Source of the DNA: an uncultured Thermodesulfobacteriota bacterium
GTDB taxonomy: Bacteria > Desulfobacterota > WTBG01 > CAIYCZ01 > CAIRTM01
Direction of reading: 5' to 3'
DNA: 64,000 bases
NCBI GenBank assembly: GCA_964387595.1
Contig: CAYLYF010000001.1
Location: 18,747 to 82,746, forward strand
Shown here: positions 40,937 through 51,326 of the stretch, piece by piece
Layout: every line of letters starts with the position of its first letter
Position numbering within the stretch: position 1 is the first letter of the stretch
Position numbers and translations under genes: made by a program
Notes under the pieces: generated by a model
What the model saw: the letters and a program-made list of their open reading frames with translations, nothing else
What the model was told of the DNA's origin: nothing
The model's database searches: none

Positions 40937-41051
40937 AGTCAGGTGCAGAGGTCATAGCGTAAAAGATTTTCTTTACGGATGACTGATGACGTTCTATGTT
41001 ATATGTGATACACAGATTTTTTAATTGTTCTAAAAGAGAGGGAAACGATCC

Positions 41052-41819
41052 TTGCATCCAATACTTCTTGATCTCGGCTTTTTTTCCATAAAGACCTACG
41101 GTTTTCTTATTGCTACCGGTTTTCTCATCGGGATATTCGTGGCAACGCGGGAAGCCAGGCGTTTACGTGTTGATACCCAGGTAATCATGGATCTTGCTTT
41201 TTATATAATTGTCGGTGCAATTGTCGGATCCCGTCTTTTTTTTGTTGCAACTCGTTTCAGCTATTACAGGCAAAACCCTCTTGATATATTTAAAGTATGG
41301 GAGGGCGGACTTGTTTTTTACGGTGGTTTTATTCTTGCGGCAATCGTCTGTGCCTGGATGATAAGAAAAAACAATCTTAAGGTATGGCAGACCCTTGATA
41401 TCTTTGCGCCGGCTCTTGCCATTGGCGTCTTTTTTGGAAGGCTGGGCTGTTTTTTTGCCGGCTGCTGTTACGGCAAGCCGTGCAGTCTGCCCTGGGCGGT
41501 TACATTTAGTGACCCTCAAGGTCTGGCAATGCTTAATGCGCCGCTTCATCCGACCCAGCTGTATTCTTCTCTGGGCGCGCTTTTTACGTTTATTATTATT
41601 TATTCTTTTAGAAAAAGAAAAATCTTTGACGGACAGCTTACCCTGATATGGGTTTTTATGTATTCAGGCTTAAGGACAATTATTGAGTTTTACCGCGGAG
41701 ATGCCCGGGGGATGCTTTATTCCGGGCAGTTTTCTGTTACCCATGTTCTTGCTTTTTTATTAGCGCTGTCCTCGCTTATTGCACTGATCGTTCTCAGCAA
41801 AAAGGCTTCTAAGAAATAA
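41052..41819 (+). CDS. lgt: prolipoprotein diacylglyceryl transferase
   Basis: 255 aa. Lgt signature GRLGCFFAGCCYG. Confidence 0.85.
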   Translation: MHPILLDLGFFSIKTYGFLIATGFLIGIFVATREARRLRVDTQVIMDLAFYIIVGAIVGSRLFFVATRFSYYRQNPLDIFKVWEGGLVFYGGFILAAIVCAWMIRKNNLKVWQTLDIFAPALAIGVFFGRLGCFFAGCCYGKPCSLPWAVTFSDPQGLAMLNAPLHPTQLYSSLGALFTFIIIYSFRKRKIFDGQLTLIWVFMYSGLRTIIEFYRGDARGMLYSGQFSVTHVLAFLLALSSLIALIVLSKKASKK

Positions 41820-41827
41820 TAATATTA

Positions 41828-43108
41828 TTAATCAACGGCCAAAAGCGAAAAAAGTACTTTTAAATCTTTGTTTTTTCGCAGTTTTCTTAAAGCCTTGTTT
41901 TCAAGCTGTCTGATTCTTTCTCTTGAAACACTAAAAATTTCGCCCACTTCTTCAAGGGTTTTTTCTCCCTCATCCCCAAGACCAAAACGAAGTTTCAATA
42001 TGCATGCTTCTCTCGGTGACAGGGTCTCGATTAGTTTTGAGGCATTCTTTTTTATTGTTTTTTTACACATATTTTCAATGGGAGAGGGCTGGCTGTCTGA
42101 TAAGAAGTTTTCCAGAGGATCTGATTCGTCTGCGGATGAGGTCTCAAGGGACAGGGGTTCTTTAAAAGCGTTGATGATCTTCACAGTCTCCTGGGGGGAG
42201 ATTTCAAGCTTACAGGCAATTTCTGATATGGTCAGGTTTTCTCCCTGCTGCTGAAGGACTTCTTTTGTTGCTTTTTTAATTTTATAAAATTTTTCATTAA
42301 CATATACCGGTACCCGGATAACCCGGCTTTTCTCTTCGATCGCTCTGTTAATGGCTTCTTTTATCCACCAGGATGCATATGTGCTGAGTCTGAAACCTTT
42401 TCTATAATCAAATTTTTCAACAGCCTTGATAAGACCGATATTGCCTTCCTGTATGAGATCTCTAAACGGCAGGGAACTGTTTTTATAATATGAGGATATG
42501 CTTACGACCAGGCGCAGGTTACTCTGTATTAGTTTTTGTCTTGCTTCTTTAAGCTTTGGTTCTATCTTTTTTATCTCTTCCCAGATCTCCTGCAGTTGTT
42601 TTATCTTTTTTTCAGGAAGGGCACTGTCTTTTTCTATCAGTTCCTGCCATTCGTTCAGTTCAGGCGCATCTATTTTTAGAAGAATGACTGAAAGCGATGA
42701 TTCAAGTTTGATCTTCTCTTTGGCAAATCTATTTTTATCTTTTGTGGAAGGTGCTTTTGAGAGCTGATTTTTTACTTTGTTAAGTTTCTTGTGTGTCAGT
42801 AAAGCATTTTTCAGATTTATATATCCGTATATTGATTTTTTGTTCAGGACCAGAAGCTGATTTAAGGGTTTGTGGTGTTCGAGTGACCTTAGGATCTCAA
42901 TGGCTTTTTTGAGCCGTTTTATTTTGTCATGTTTATTGTTCCATACGATCGTCGCCCATGATGTTTCATCCGCATGATTTAACAGCTGCGTTTTTCTTAT
43001 TTCTCTGAGATATATTTCAAGGGGGTCATGGCTGGAAGCCTCTTTTGGAATGTACAGGCTCTGCCGCTTCTTTTTTTTAATTGGGGTGTTATGTTTTCCT
43101 TTTTCCAA
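41828..43108 (-). CDS. RNA polymerase sigma-70 family factor (RpoD/RpoS-like) with Lys-rich N-terminal extension
   Basis: 426 aa. Regions 2 ([18 protein letters not shown]), 3 and 4 ([18 protein letters not shown]). Confidence 0.85.
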   Translation of the reverse strand: MEKGKHNTPIKKKKRQSLYIPKEASSHDPLEIYLREIRKTQLLNHADETSWATIVWNNKHDKIKRLKKAIEILRSLEHHKPLNQLLVLNKKSIYGYINLKNALLTHKKLNKVKNQLSKAPSTKDKNRFAKEKIKLESSLSVILLKIDAPELNEWQELIEKDSALPEKKIKQLQEIWEEIKKIEPKLKEARQKLIQSNLRLVVSISSYYKNSSLPFRDLIQEGNIGLIKAVEKFDYRKGFRLSTYASWWIKEAINRAIEEKSRVIRVPVYVNEKFYKIKKATKEVLQQQGENLTISEIACKLEISPQETVKIINAFKEPLSLETSSADESDPLENFLSDSQPSPIENMCKKTIKKNASKLIETLSPREACILKLRFGLGDEGEKTLEEVGEIFSVSRERIRQLENKALRKLRKNKDLKVLFSLLAVD

Positions 43109-43343
43109 AACAGCACCAATTTTGTATTTTTGTGAAATTTATTTTGTTCCTGTTTTAGGAATATATTTTTACTTAAGGAATGTCAAAATATTTAATCATA
43201 TCCTTCCCGCAGCAGGTAAAAGGCTATCGCTGTAATTATTTTATTATTTCCCGGACAGGTGTCTGTGCTCAGGTGACAGTTATACATGGCATGGATCCGG
43301 TTATGATGAGCAGTTGTTTTGTTGTGCAAGGGAAAACAAGCTG

Positions 43344-43589
43344 TTAGGCTTTAAATTTCTTCATACATTCTTTGCTGCAGAAATAGTAGGTCGTTCCGGA
43401 ATCACTTATGGACAGGGAGCTGTTTTTTGGCACATAGACTTTGCATACCGGGTCCTGGACCATTTCATTTATTGCACTGGAAGTGCCTGGTTGAGGCGGT
43501 TTTTTCTGTTCGGGCGGTTTTAGGAATAACAGCTTGAAAAATTTAACAAGCAGGTACAAAAAAATAGCAATAAGAATAAGTCTCAGCAT
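43344..43589 (-). CDS. membrane-anchored YHS/TRASH-like small protein
   Basis: 81 aa. N-terminal TM. C-terminal YYFCSKECMKKF. Confidence 0.45.
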   Translation of the reverse strand: MLRLILIAIFLYLLVKFFKLLFLKPPEQKKPPQPGTSSAINEMVQDPVCKVYVPKNSSLSISDSGTTYYFCSKECMKKFKA

Positions 43590-44080
43590 AATATTTTCAC
43601 TGTTTTTTTAGAGTCAGCAAGTTTGTTGAACAGCAGCTGTATGGGCTGATTTATTGCCGGATGAATAAAGTCCGGGGCAATTTCTGTAAGCGGTTCAAGA
43701 ACAAAACGTCGCAGGTGAAGAAGCGGATGGGGAACTTTGAGCTCAGGCTCAATAATAATCTGAGTTCCAAAAAAAAGAAGGTCAATATCGATATTTCTGG
43801 GTCCCCAAAACCTCTCTTTTTCTTTACTCATGTCTTTTTCCGTCTTTTGTAAAAGAGAAAAAAAATCAAATATATTTTTTTCTGTTTTTATTTCCACAAC
43901 ACAGTTTATGAAATTGTCCTGGTTTTCATCTCCCCATGCTTCAGTCTCATAAAAGGACGATTTTTTGATGAGACTTGAGTTTCTAAATGTTGCAAGCGCT
44001 TTGATTGCGGTCCCACAGTTTTTTTTTCGATCGCCTTTGTTTGAACCTATTCCGATAAAGGCTTTGCTGCTCACCGTCAT
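43583..44080 (-). CDS. folK: 2-amino-4-hydroxy-6-hydroxymethyldihydropteridine pyrophosphokinase
   Basis: 165 aa. HPPK pattern (IGIGSN...WGPRNIDIDLLFFG). Confidence 0.85.
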   Translation of the reverse strand: MTVSSKAFIGIGSNKGDRKKNCGTAIKALATFRNSSLIKKSSFYETEAWGDENQDNFINCVVEIKTEKNIFDFFSLLQKTEKDMSKEKERFWGPRNIDIDLLFFGTQIIIEPELKVPHPLLHLRRFVLEPLTEIAPDFIHPAINQPIQLLFNKLADSKKTVKILC

Positions 44081-44081
44081 A

Positions 44082-44897
44082 TTATCCTAACCCGAGTACG
44101 TCCTGCATATCATAATAACCGTTTGGTTTGTCTGCTACCCAGGCCGCAGCAAAAAGTGCACCCTGGACGAAACAGTCGCGGTTCTGAGCTTTATGGACGA
44201 GCTCAAGCCGTTCTCCGATGCCGCCGAACATAACGGTGTGTTCCCCAACGATATCTCCGGCACGTATGGTCTGAATGCCGATCTCCTCTTCTGTGCGCTG
44301 CCCGATAAACCCCTTCCTTTCATATACCCCTGCTTTTGAAAGGTCACGGTTGTAAGCCTCTGCAAGGATTTCAGCCAGTCTCATGGCCGTTCCGCTGGGC
44401 GCGTCTTTTTTGAATTTGTGATGGGCTTCTATGATCTCCACATCAAAACCTTTTGTTAATATCTTTGCCACATCGTTTGCGATCTTAAACAGGGTGTTGA
44501 CGCCCATGCTCATATTAGGCGCGCAAACACAGGGAAATGAGCTGCTTCGTTTTTTTATTTCTTCTTTTTCCGCATCAGAAAAGCCAGTGGTCCCGATGAC
44601 GGCTGCTTTCCTGCTTTTTTCGGCAAACCGTATTGTTTTTATGGATGTTTCCGGAAAGGTGAAATCTATGATCACATCAAAGGGGGTGGTTATTTTTTCC
44701 AGTGATTCGGCAAAAACAGCAGTGTCGCACTGTATCCCAACAGCATCTTTTAAGTTTTTTCCAATATGGGGGCTGTCCGGCTGTTCGGTCATTCCTGCCA
44801 GATCAAGATTTTCAGAGTCCAGGATCATTTGGCAGATACGCTGTCCCATTCTTCCGGCGGCACCGATAACGGCACATGCTATGGTTTTATCGCTCAT
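44082..44897 (-). CDS. dapB: 4-hydroxy-tetrahydrodipicolinate reductase
   Basis: 271 aa. N-terminal GAAGRMG Rossmann fold. DapB C-terminal domain. Confidence 0.9.
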   Translation of the reverse strand: MSDKTIACAVIGAAGRMGQRICQMILDSENLDLAGMTEQPDSPHIGKNLKDAVGIQCDTAVFAESLEKITTPFDVIIDFTFPETSIKTIRFAEKSRKAAVIGTTGFSDAEKEEIKKRSSSFPCVCAPNMSMGVNTLFKIANDVAKILTKGFDVEIIEAHHKFKKDAPSGTAMRLAEILAEAYNRDLSKAGVYERKGFIGQRTEEEIGIQTIRAGDIVGEHTVMFGGIGERLELVHKAQNRDCFVQGALFAAAWVADKPNGYYDMQDVLGLG

Positions 44898-44931
44898 TTT
44901 ATTGTCCTTCCAAAAAATATTTAATTGTTCC

Positions 44932-46284
44932 CTACATGCCTTCAGGGCATTTTACCTGGGTCAGGTATTCATCGTAATCAAAATTGGGACTGTTTTTTTG
45001 ATCATGACATGTGAGGCAGCCCTTTATACCCGTGTTTCTCAGGATTCCGCTTTTTTCCGTGTGATTGCTACCGGGGCCGTGACAGGATTCGCACTGGACG
45101 TTTAAGAAGGGTGATTCTCTGCCTTGAGAAACATCAAAACCGCCGGGTTCTCCGTATCCGGCCGTATGGCAGGGCAGACATTCCATGTCGTAGTTGTCTC
45201 CGTCCTTTTTAAGGGTTGCATAAGCGTCCGAATGAAAGGTCTGTTCCCAGTTCTCATATTGCGGTATATGACACTCACCGCATTTTTCAGCCCCAAGGTA
45301 ATGTAGACGATCTGGTGCTTTGCCGTCTTTTGCGGCTAATTCTGCTTTGAAAAACTCCTGTTTATTCATTGATATCAGAGCTGTTTTGTACTTTTTTACA
45401 ATGTTTTTTATTTCATTGTTTTCCCCGGTGCTGTTGTCAAGCGGTATCAGGCTGTTCTTGATTTTAAACCCGGATCTTTTTTTAAAACCGATGTTGATCT
45501 TTCCTAGGTGCTGGCCTCTTTTGTGTGTCTGAGTTATCCATGTTTTATTTACCCGGACAGGTGCTGAGATTAAATTTTCAGATTTTGCTGAAATAATAAG
45601 TGAGATTCCTTTTATCTGTGCCGCCAGTTTTTTATCATTTTCCAGCCCCAGTGAAGAAAGTAATATTATATAATCGCTTTTTCCAGCTATTGATTTTACC
45701 CATTTTTGGGCACTTTTAAAAGGGTCATTAATTAGTATGTCCGGTGAAAGTAAAGAGACTTCTTCACAAAGGCCGATTATACCGATTTTTATCCCGTTAA
45801 TTTCTTTTATCATGCAGGGATTAAAAACCGGTGTATTACTGTTTTTGTTTAATATGTTGGAAGATATAAAAGGAAAGGATGACTTTTTCTGAAGTTCAGT
45901 CAGGGGTTCGATCCCGAGCAAAAGATCTTTGCTTCCGATATTTAAAGCGTCTAATCCCATCAGGTTGCAGGCTTTAAGGATATATTCTGATTTTAACAGA
46001 AACTCGTTTTCCTCAATTTTATTTAAAGGCTCTTTTCTGAAAAACAGATTACCGGCATCAAAGTTCAGGATGTGTTTGCTCTCTTTTTTAACCGCATTTA
46101 TGGCTTCTGCTTTTCTGGACAGGCTGCCAAGCTGTCTGTCGTCACAGCCGCAGTTTTCCAACTCAGCCAGGATATCATTTGAATAGATAAGGGTTATGTC
46201 TGACTTGAAATCACAGCCTGTGAATGAAATAAACAGTACAGTGAGCAGCGGTATTATCAGGTATGATAAGAATTTACAAAACAT
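44932..46284 (-). CDS. lipoprotein: N-terminal calcineurin-like/5'-nucleotidase-like domain fused to a C-terminal tetraheme cytochrome c
   Basis: Lipobox FTGC. Four CxxCH motifs (CGECH, CLPCH, CESCH, CLTCH) in the last ~120 aa. Confidence 0.6.
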   Translation of the reverse strand: MFCKFLSYLIIPLLTVLFISFTGCDFKSDITLIYSNDILAELENCGCDDRQLGSLSRKAEAINAVKKESKHILNFDAGNLFFRKEPLNKIEENEFLLKSEYILKACNLMGLDALNIGSKDLLLGIEPLTELQKKSSFPFISSNILNKNSNTPVFNPCMIKEINGIKIGIIGLCEEVSLLSPDILINDPFKSAQKWVKSIAGKSDYIILLSSLGLENDKKLAAQIKGISLIISAKSENLISAPVRVNKTWITQTHKRGQHLGKINIGFKKRSGFKIKNSLIPLDNSTGENNEIKNIVKKYKTALISMNKQEFFKAELAAKDGKAPDRLHYLGAEKCGECHIPQYENWEQTFHSDAYATLKKDGDNYDMECLPCHTAGYGEPGGFDVSQGRESPFLNVQCESCHGPGSNHTEKSGILRNTGIKGCLTCHDQKNSPNFDYDEYLTQVKCPEGM

Positions 46285-46368
46285 TTTTCTTTACTTGTGA
46301 TGAAAACTAAATTAAATATGTTTATATCTGTATTTAACGGTCATGTCAACACTGAGAAGAATAACATA

Positions 46369-46818
46369 ATGCGTGCAGTTATCCAAAGGGTTAAAACAGC
46401 TTCTGTTACAGTTGCCGGAGAAGAGGTCGGAAGAATAAAACAGGGTTTTCTGGTGTTTTTAGGGGTGGGAAAAGGAGATGAAAAAGCCGACCTTGAATAC
46501 ATGGTTAACAAGATCACGGGGCTTCGCGCATTTGAAGATGATAACGGAAAAATGAATCACTCCATTTTAGATACAGGCGGGGAGCTTCTTGTGGTGTCCC
46601 AGTTCACACTTTTCGGTGATTGCCGAAAAGGGAGAAGGCCGTCATTTACAGCGGCTGCTGATTCTGCTGTGGCGCAAGGCCTTTATGATGATTTTATTAT
46701 AGCGATTAAAAATAAAAAAGTTAAAGTGTCCGCGGGTGTTTTTCAGGCAAGGATGGATGTGTCTCTGGTCAATGACGGCCCGGTTACTTTTATGCTGGAC
46801 AGAAAAAAAATATTTTAA
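46369..46818 (+). CDS. dtd: D-aminoacyl-tRNA deacylase
   Basis: MRAVIQRV...SQFTL pattern. Start refined to an internal ATG. Confidence 0.85.
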   Translation: MRAVIQRVKTASVTVAGEEVGRIKQGFLVFLGVGKGDEKADLEYMVNKITGLRAFEDDNGKMNHSILDTGGELLVVSQFTLFGDCRKGRRPSFTAAADSAVAQGLYDDFIIAIKNKKVKVSAGVFQARMDVSLVNDGPVTFMLDRKKIF

Positions 46819-46836
46819 TAAAAAGGGGCTAAAATA

Positions 46837-47205
46837 ATGAGACTTACAAATAGAGGCGATTCAAAAATTGGCTGTACGATCTATATTCTTATTATAGGCG
46901 TTATACTCTATTTTGCTTTTATGTGGGGAACGGCACAGTGGAATTATGAAACCATGAAAAAGGAGACCACTGATATTATAAAGATCCTTGCGTCAGAGAA
47001 GAAGCCTAATCTTGAGAAATATAAAACCATACTGGTTGATAAAGCCGAAGCAGCTGATGTTGATCTTTATGAAGAGGATATTGAAATAACAATTAAAAGC
47101 GACAGCGTGGAAATAGAGCTTTTTTGGGAAGCACCGGTGGCGTTTCCGGGGTATACGTATTATCTGGAGTATGATCTAGTGAAGGTTCATAAAAAGAGAT
47201 ATTGA
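46837..47205 (+). CDS. hypothetical membrane-anchored protein
   Basis: 122 aa with one N-terminal TM. No recognisable motifs. Confidence 0.4.
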   Translation: MRLTNRGDSKIGCTIYILIIGVILYFAFMWGTAQWNYETMKKETTDIIKILASEKKPNLEKYKTILVDKAEAADVDLYEEDIEITIKSDSVEIELFWEAPVAFPGYTYYLEYDLVKVHKKRY

Positions 47206-47219
47206 TGAGGTCTTAGCTG

Positions 47220-48224
47220 TCAGGATTTTCTTTCCATTATAAATTCTGCAAGTTCGATAAGCGGTTTCATCTTTTCCGGGTCAGCGATTATTGAAAGCGA
47301 ATCAATTGCTTTTTTAACATGCTGTTCAGCTTTTCTTACGGCATAGGCATTGCCCTGATACTTGTCAATAATATTAATCACCTCGACAAGTTCTTTACTG
47401 TCCCTGTTTTCGTTCTGCATGACTTCTATTAATTTATTTTTATCTGCAGGGGAGCTTTTATTCAGGGCGGCGATAAACGGCAGCGTGATGCTTCCTTCCT
47501 GGAAATCTTTACCGATCGTTTTTCCAAAATCATTTTCGTTTGAGTAATAGTCCATTACATCATCCATTATCTGGAACGCAATACCGATATTCAGCCCGTA
47601 ATCTTCAAACGCTTTTTCTTTTTCTGCTGTCACATTTCCCAGTATGCCGCCTATTCTGGATGCTGCGGCAAGCAGAATAGCGGTCTTGTTCTTTACGATA
47701 TAAATATAGTCATCTTCAGAGATCAGCGGGTCATCTGTTTTTGAGACCTGAAATGTTTCTCCTTCTGCAATGAGTTTTGATGTGTTTGCAATTACTTTAA
47801 GGGCTCTGATGTTGCCTGTTTCAACCGCAATGGAAAAGGCTTTTGAAAAGAAAAAGTCTCCGGCAAGGATCGTTGACTGGTTTCCCCATAGTTTGTTTGC
47901 AGATGAATTGCCTCTGCGGATTTCAGCATGGTCAATCACATCGTCATGGAGAAGGGTGGCGGTGTGTATGTATTCGAGAACGCATGCAAGCGGGATGTGT
48001 TCGTCACCTTTATATTCGCATGCTTTTGCTGAGAGCAGCAGGATAAGCGGACGGAGTCTTTTTCCGCCGCTGCTTAAAATATGACCGCAGATATCTTCCA
48101 GTATGTTAACTTCACTAGAGGCTGAGGCAATGAGCATTTTTTTAACTCTATCCATGTCTCCTTTTACCAAATTCAATAAGCTGTCAACAGAACTCAAAAC
48201 TTTTCTCCTAAGTTGTCCTTGCAA
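47220..48224 (-). CDS. ispB: polyprenyl diphosphate synthase (IspB-like)
   Basis: 334 aa. DDVID and DDVMD aspartate-rich motifs. Confidence 0.85.
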   Translation of the reverse strand: MQGQLRRKVLSSVDSLLNLVKGDMDRVKKMLIASASSEVNILEDICGHILSSGGKRLRPLILLLSAKACEYKGDEHIPLACVLEYIHTATLLHDDVIDHAEIRRGNSSANKLWGNQSTILAGDFFFSKAFSIAVETGNIRALKVIANTSKLIAEGETFQVSKTDDPLISEDDYIYIVKNKTAILLAAASRIGGILGNVTAEKEKAFEDYGLNIGIAFQIMDDVMDYYSNENDFGKTIGKDFQEGSITLPFIAALNKSSPADKNKLIEVMQNENRDSKELVEVINIIDKYQGNAYAVRKAEQHVKKAIDSLSIIADPEKMKPLIELAEFIMERKS

Positions 48225-48933
48225 GTGTTAATACGTCGACTTTTAAAGCACCGCTTTTTTTTAAAACCTTTGCACATTCACTGACGGTTGATCCGCTGGT
48301 ATATACATCGTCAATTAATAAAAGGTTCTTGTCCCTTATTCTTTCCGGTCTGCAGGAAAAAGTTCCTTTTATATTTTTGTGCCGCTCTTTTCTTGTGAGC
48401 AGGGTTTGGGGCGGCGCCCATTTTTTTCTTTCCAGTGATCTGGTTTCAACCCTGATGCCCCACGTTTCACCGGCTTTTTTGGCAAGTACCTGGGCTTGGT
48501 TAAAGCCTCTCCGGCGGAGTCTTTTCGAATGCAAAGGTACGGGGATTATTATATCATAATTTTCTGTTTCTAGAATTTCTTTGCCAACTGCCGCCAGAAT
48601 TTGAGATAAAGGCTCTGAAAGCAGTGATTTTTCGTTGTATTTAAAGCCGTGAATAGCCTTTCTTAATGTTCCCTCATATTTGCCGATTGACCGCGCTCTG
48701 TCAAAAAAAGGTTTACTTTTTATACATTGTCCGCAAAGGTGATCTGCTCCTTCTTTTGTCTGGAACGAAAGGCCGCATTTTTCACAGATGGGCTTTGTTA
48801 CAAAAGAGAAACCATCATAACAGTTATTGCAAAAATATCTACTGTTTTCAGGCGTAAAAAAATCATTGCACAGCAGGCATTTTGGCGGGATCAGAAAGTC
48901 AGCTAAAGCGTAAAAAAAACTTTTTAGACCCAT
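48208..48933 (-). CDS. comF: ComF family phosphoribosyltransferase-like protein
   Basis: 241 aa. N-terminal Cys4 Zn finger. PRTase motif LLIDDVYTSGST. Confidence 0.7.
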   Translation of the reverse strand: MGLKSFFYALADFLIPPKCLLCNDFFTPENSRYFCNNCYDGFSFVTKPICEKCGLSFQTKEGADHLCGQCIKSKPFFDRARSIGKYEGTLRKAIHGFKYNEKSLLSEPLSQILAAVGKEILETENYDIIIPVPLHSKRLRRRGFNQAQVLAKKAGETWGIRVETRSLERKKWAPPQTLLTRKERHKNIKGTFSCRPERIRDKNLLLIDDVYTSGSTVSECAKVLKKSGALKVDVLTLARTT

Positions 48934-48994
48934 ATCCGTATTGGTGTCTCCCTGTAGGTGTTAGAAACATTGCTTTAAGCTGCTATTTTATATT

Positions 48995-49363
48995 TTAACC
49001 GCATGGAATTTTGGGACATTCGTCCCACAGGCTTTCGAGATCATAAAATTCTCTTTCTTCTGCCTGGAAGATGTGAATTATGACGTCATCATAATCAAGC
49101 AGTATCCATTTTGATTCCTGCAAGCCTTCTTTTCCAAGATATTTTATCCCTTTTTCTTTCAGTTTCAGTTCTATGTCTTCTGCTATTGATTTTGAATGTC
49201 TGTCAGAGGTTCCGCTGCAGATAATGAAGTAGTCTGAAAGTGCGGTCTGGTCTTTCAGCTCCAGTATAACAAGGTCTACAGCCTTGTTTTCGTTTGCTGT
49301 TTCTGAACAAAAAAGTGCTTTTTCTAGTGAATCCAAAGGATACCCTCCCGTTGTATGATGCAA
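48995..49363 (-). CDS. rsfS: ribosomal silencing factor RsfS (Iojap)
   Basis: 122 aa. Motif DYFIICSGTSDRHSKSIAEDI. Confidence 0.8.
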   Translation of the reverse strand: MHHTTGGYPLDSLEKALFCSETANENKAVDLVILELKDQTALSDYFIICSGTSDRHSKSIAEDIELKLKEKGIKYLGKEGLQESKWILLDYDDVIIHIFQAEEREFYDLESLWDECPKIPCG

Positions 49364-49400
49364 TATTTTGTACTGTTTATTATGATCGAATATTCGTCGT

Positions 49401-50066
49401 TTACCGGTAAAGCTGATGATCTTTTATGTAGTCCGCAACTTTTTCCGGTATAAGGCCGGTTGTTTTCCGGCCGTTTTTTATTTTTTTACGGATATCTGTT
49501 GAAGAGATATCGTGGGGCGTAACCTCAACATAGTGAATACTGTACCCTGATGTATGCCTAAACGAGCTGTTCTCAGAATTATAAACAAATTCAGCTGCCG
49601 TGTCTGCCGGAAGAATATCTTCCGGGTTTCTATTGCTGCAGTCAGGGCGGTTCATTACTATAAAATGGCACTCTGAAAAAAAACAGGGATAATTTTTCCA
49701 GGTATGAATTTCCAGAAAAGCATCTAGTCCCATAATAAAGAAAAGCTCTGGTTTTTCTTTGTGGAGCTCTTTAAAATGTTTAATTGTCTGAAATGAATAG
49801 GAACTGGAGTCTCTTTTGATCTCGGTGTCTGAAATTTCGAACAGATCATATCCTGAAATCGCCTGCCTCACCATTTCCAGACGATGAGCAGAACCTGTCC
49901 CGGGCGTTTTTTTGTGCGGCGGAATATGGCTCGGAATAAATATCGTTTTAGTGAGCTTGAATTTATTCTGGATCTCCTCAGCCGTATTTATGTGCCCATA
50001 ATGGACCGGATCAAATGTGCCGCCGAAAAGGCCCAGCCTTATTTTTTTCCCAGGATTCCTTTCCAC
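49401..50066 (-). CDS. nadD: nicotinate-nucleotide adenylyltransferase
   Basis: 221 aa. GGTFDPVHYGH (H/T)xGH motif. Confidence 0.85.
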   Translation of the reverse strand: MERNPGKKIRLGLFGGTFDPVHYGHINTAEEIQNKFKLTKTIFIPSHIPPHKKTPGTGSAHRLEMVRQAISGYDLFEISDTEIKRDSSSYSFQTIKHFKELHKEKPELFFIMGLDAFLEIHTWKNYPCFFSECHFIVMNRPDCSNRNPEDILPADTAAEFVYNSENSSFRHTSGYSIHYVEVTPHDISSTDIRKKIKNGRKTTGLIPEKVADYIKDHQLYR

Positions 50067-50068
50067 GT

Positions 50069-51325
50069 TTATTTTCTTATCTGCCCTTCCCCAAAAACAA
50101 TAAACTTTTTCGTGGTGAGTTCTTCAAGTCCCATGGGTCCGAAGGAATGAAGCTTTGAAGTGCTTATTCCTATTTCAGCGCCAAGGCCAAGCTGTCCTCC
50201 GTCATTAAACCGGGTGGATGCATTAACCAGGACAACAGAAGAATCAACAGCAGACAAAAACTTTCTTGCGTTGTTATAATCTGAAGTCACAATTGTCTCC
50301 GTGTGTTTTGAACCATAACGATCAATATGGTCCATTGCTTCATCCATGTCAGAAACCACACGTACGGCAAGTCTCAGATCAAGGTATTCCTCATGCCAGT
50401 CAGTCACAGAGGCTTTTTCAATAGCATTTGATATGCCGCAGGTTTTTTCGCAGCCTCTTATGATAACGCCTTTTTCTTTCAGCTTCTCAATCAGGTCCTT
50501 AAGATGATTTTCCGCAAAAGAGCTGTGAACCAGAAGTGTTTCAAGGGCGTTACAGACACCCGGGCGATGTGTTTTTGAGTTTATTGTAATCTCTTCGGCC
50601 ATTAAAGGATCAGCTGACCGGTCAATGAATACGTGGCAAACACCCTTATAATGAGCAATCACAGGGATGCGTGAATTTTCATATACGGTGCGGATAAGTC
50701 CTTCTCCGCCCCTTGGGATGATTACGTCGATCAGTTCCTGAAGCTTTAGCAGCTCTGTGACTGCTTCACGGTCAATTACTGGTATTATCTGTACTGCCGT
50801 TTCCGGCACACCTGATTTTGTTAATGCCTGCTGGACAATGTCGGCCAGTGCAAGGTTGGAATTGAGCGCTTCTTTTCCGCCTCTTAAAATAATTGCATTT
50901 CCTGATTTAAGACACAAGGCTGCCGCATCTATGGTTACGTTAGGCCTTGATTCATAGATCATTCCGATAACACCAAGCGGTATCCGCATTTTTCCGACCT
51001 GCAGCCCGTTTGGACGTTTCCACATTTTTTCTATTTCCCCCACAGGGTCGGGCAGGTTTATGACATCTTCAAGGCCTTCTGCCATTCCCTCGATAACCTT
51101 ATCGCTTAATGTCAGTCTGTCGATCATGGCTTTTGAAAGCCCCTGTTTTTCTGCGGCTTCAAGATCTTTCCTGTTTTCTTCTTTCAGCTGTTCTTTTTTA
51201 TCAAGGAGAAGGTTTTTTATGTCTGTAAGAACTTTGTTTTTCTGTCCGGTGTTTAAGCCGGCTACATGTCTTGACGCTGCTTTTGCTTTTTTTGCAATAT
51301 CTGTGATCTGCTCTGTTATGCCCAT
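50069..51325 (-). CDS. proA: gamma-glutamyl phosphate reductase
   Basis: 418 aa. ProA-like throughout. Confidence 0.9.
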   Translation of the reverse strand: MGITEQITDIAKKAKAASRHVAGLNTGQKNKVLTDIKNLLLDKKEQLKEENRKDLEAAEKQGLSKAMIDRLTLSDKVIEGMAEGLEDVINLPDPVGEIEKMWKRPNGLQVGKMRIPLGVIGMIYESRPNVTIDAAALCLKSGNAIILRGGKEALNSNLALADIVQQALTKSGVPETAVQIIPVIDREAVTELLKLQELIDVIIPRGGEGLIRTVYENSRIPVIAHYKGVCHVFIDRSADPLMAEEITINSKTHRPGVCNALETLLVHSSFAENHLKDLIEKLKEKGVIIRGCEKTCGISNAIEKASVTDWHEEYLDLRLAVRVVSDMDEAMDHIDRYGSKHTETIVTSDYNNARKFLSAVDSSVVLVNASTRFNDGGQLGLGAEIGISTSKLHSFGPMGLEELTTKKFIVFGEGQIRK

Positions 51326-51326
51326 T

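Noticed and set aside
43109-43343. Short ORFs between the sigma-factor gene and the YHS-domain gene
   Set aside because: Each is 60-70 aa, overlapping or antisense to the YHS gene, with no motifs. The region is more likely a promoter.
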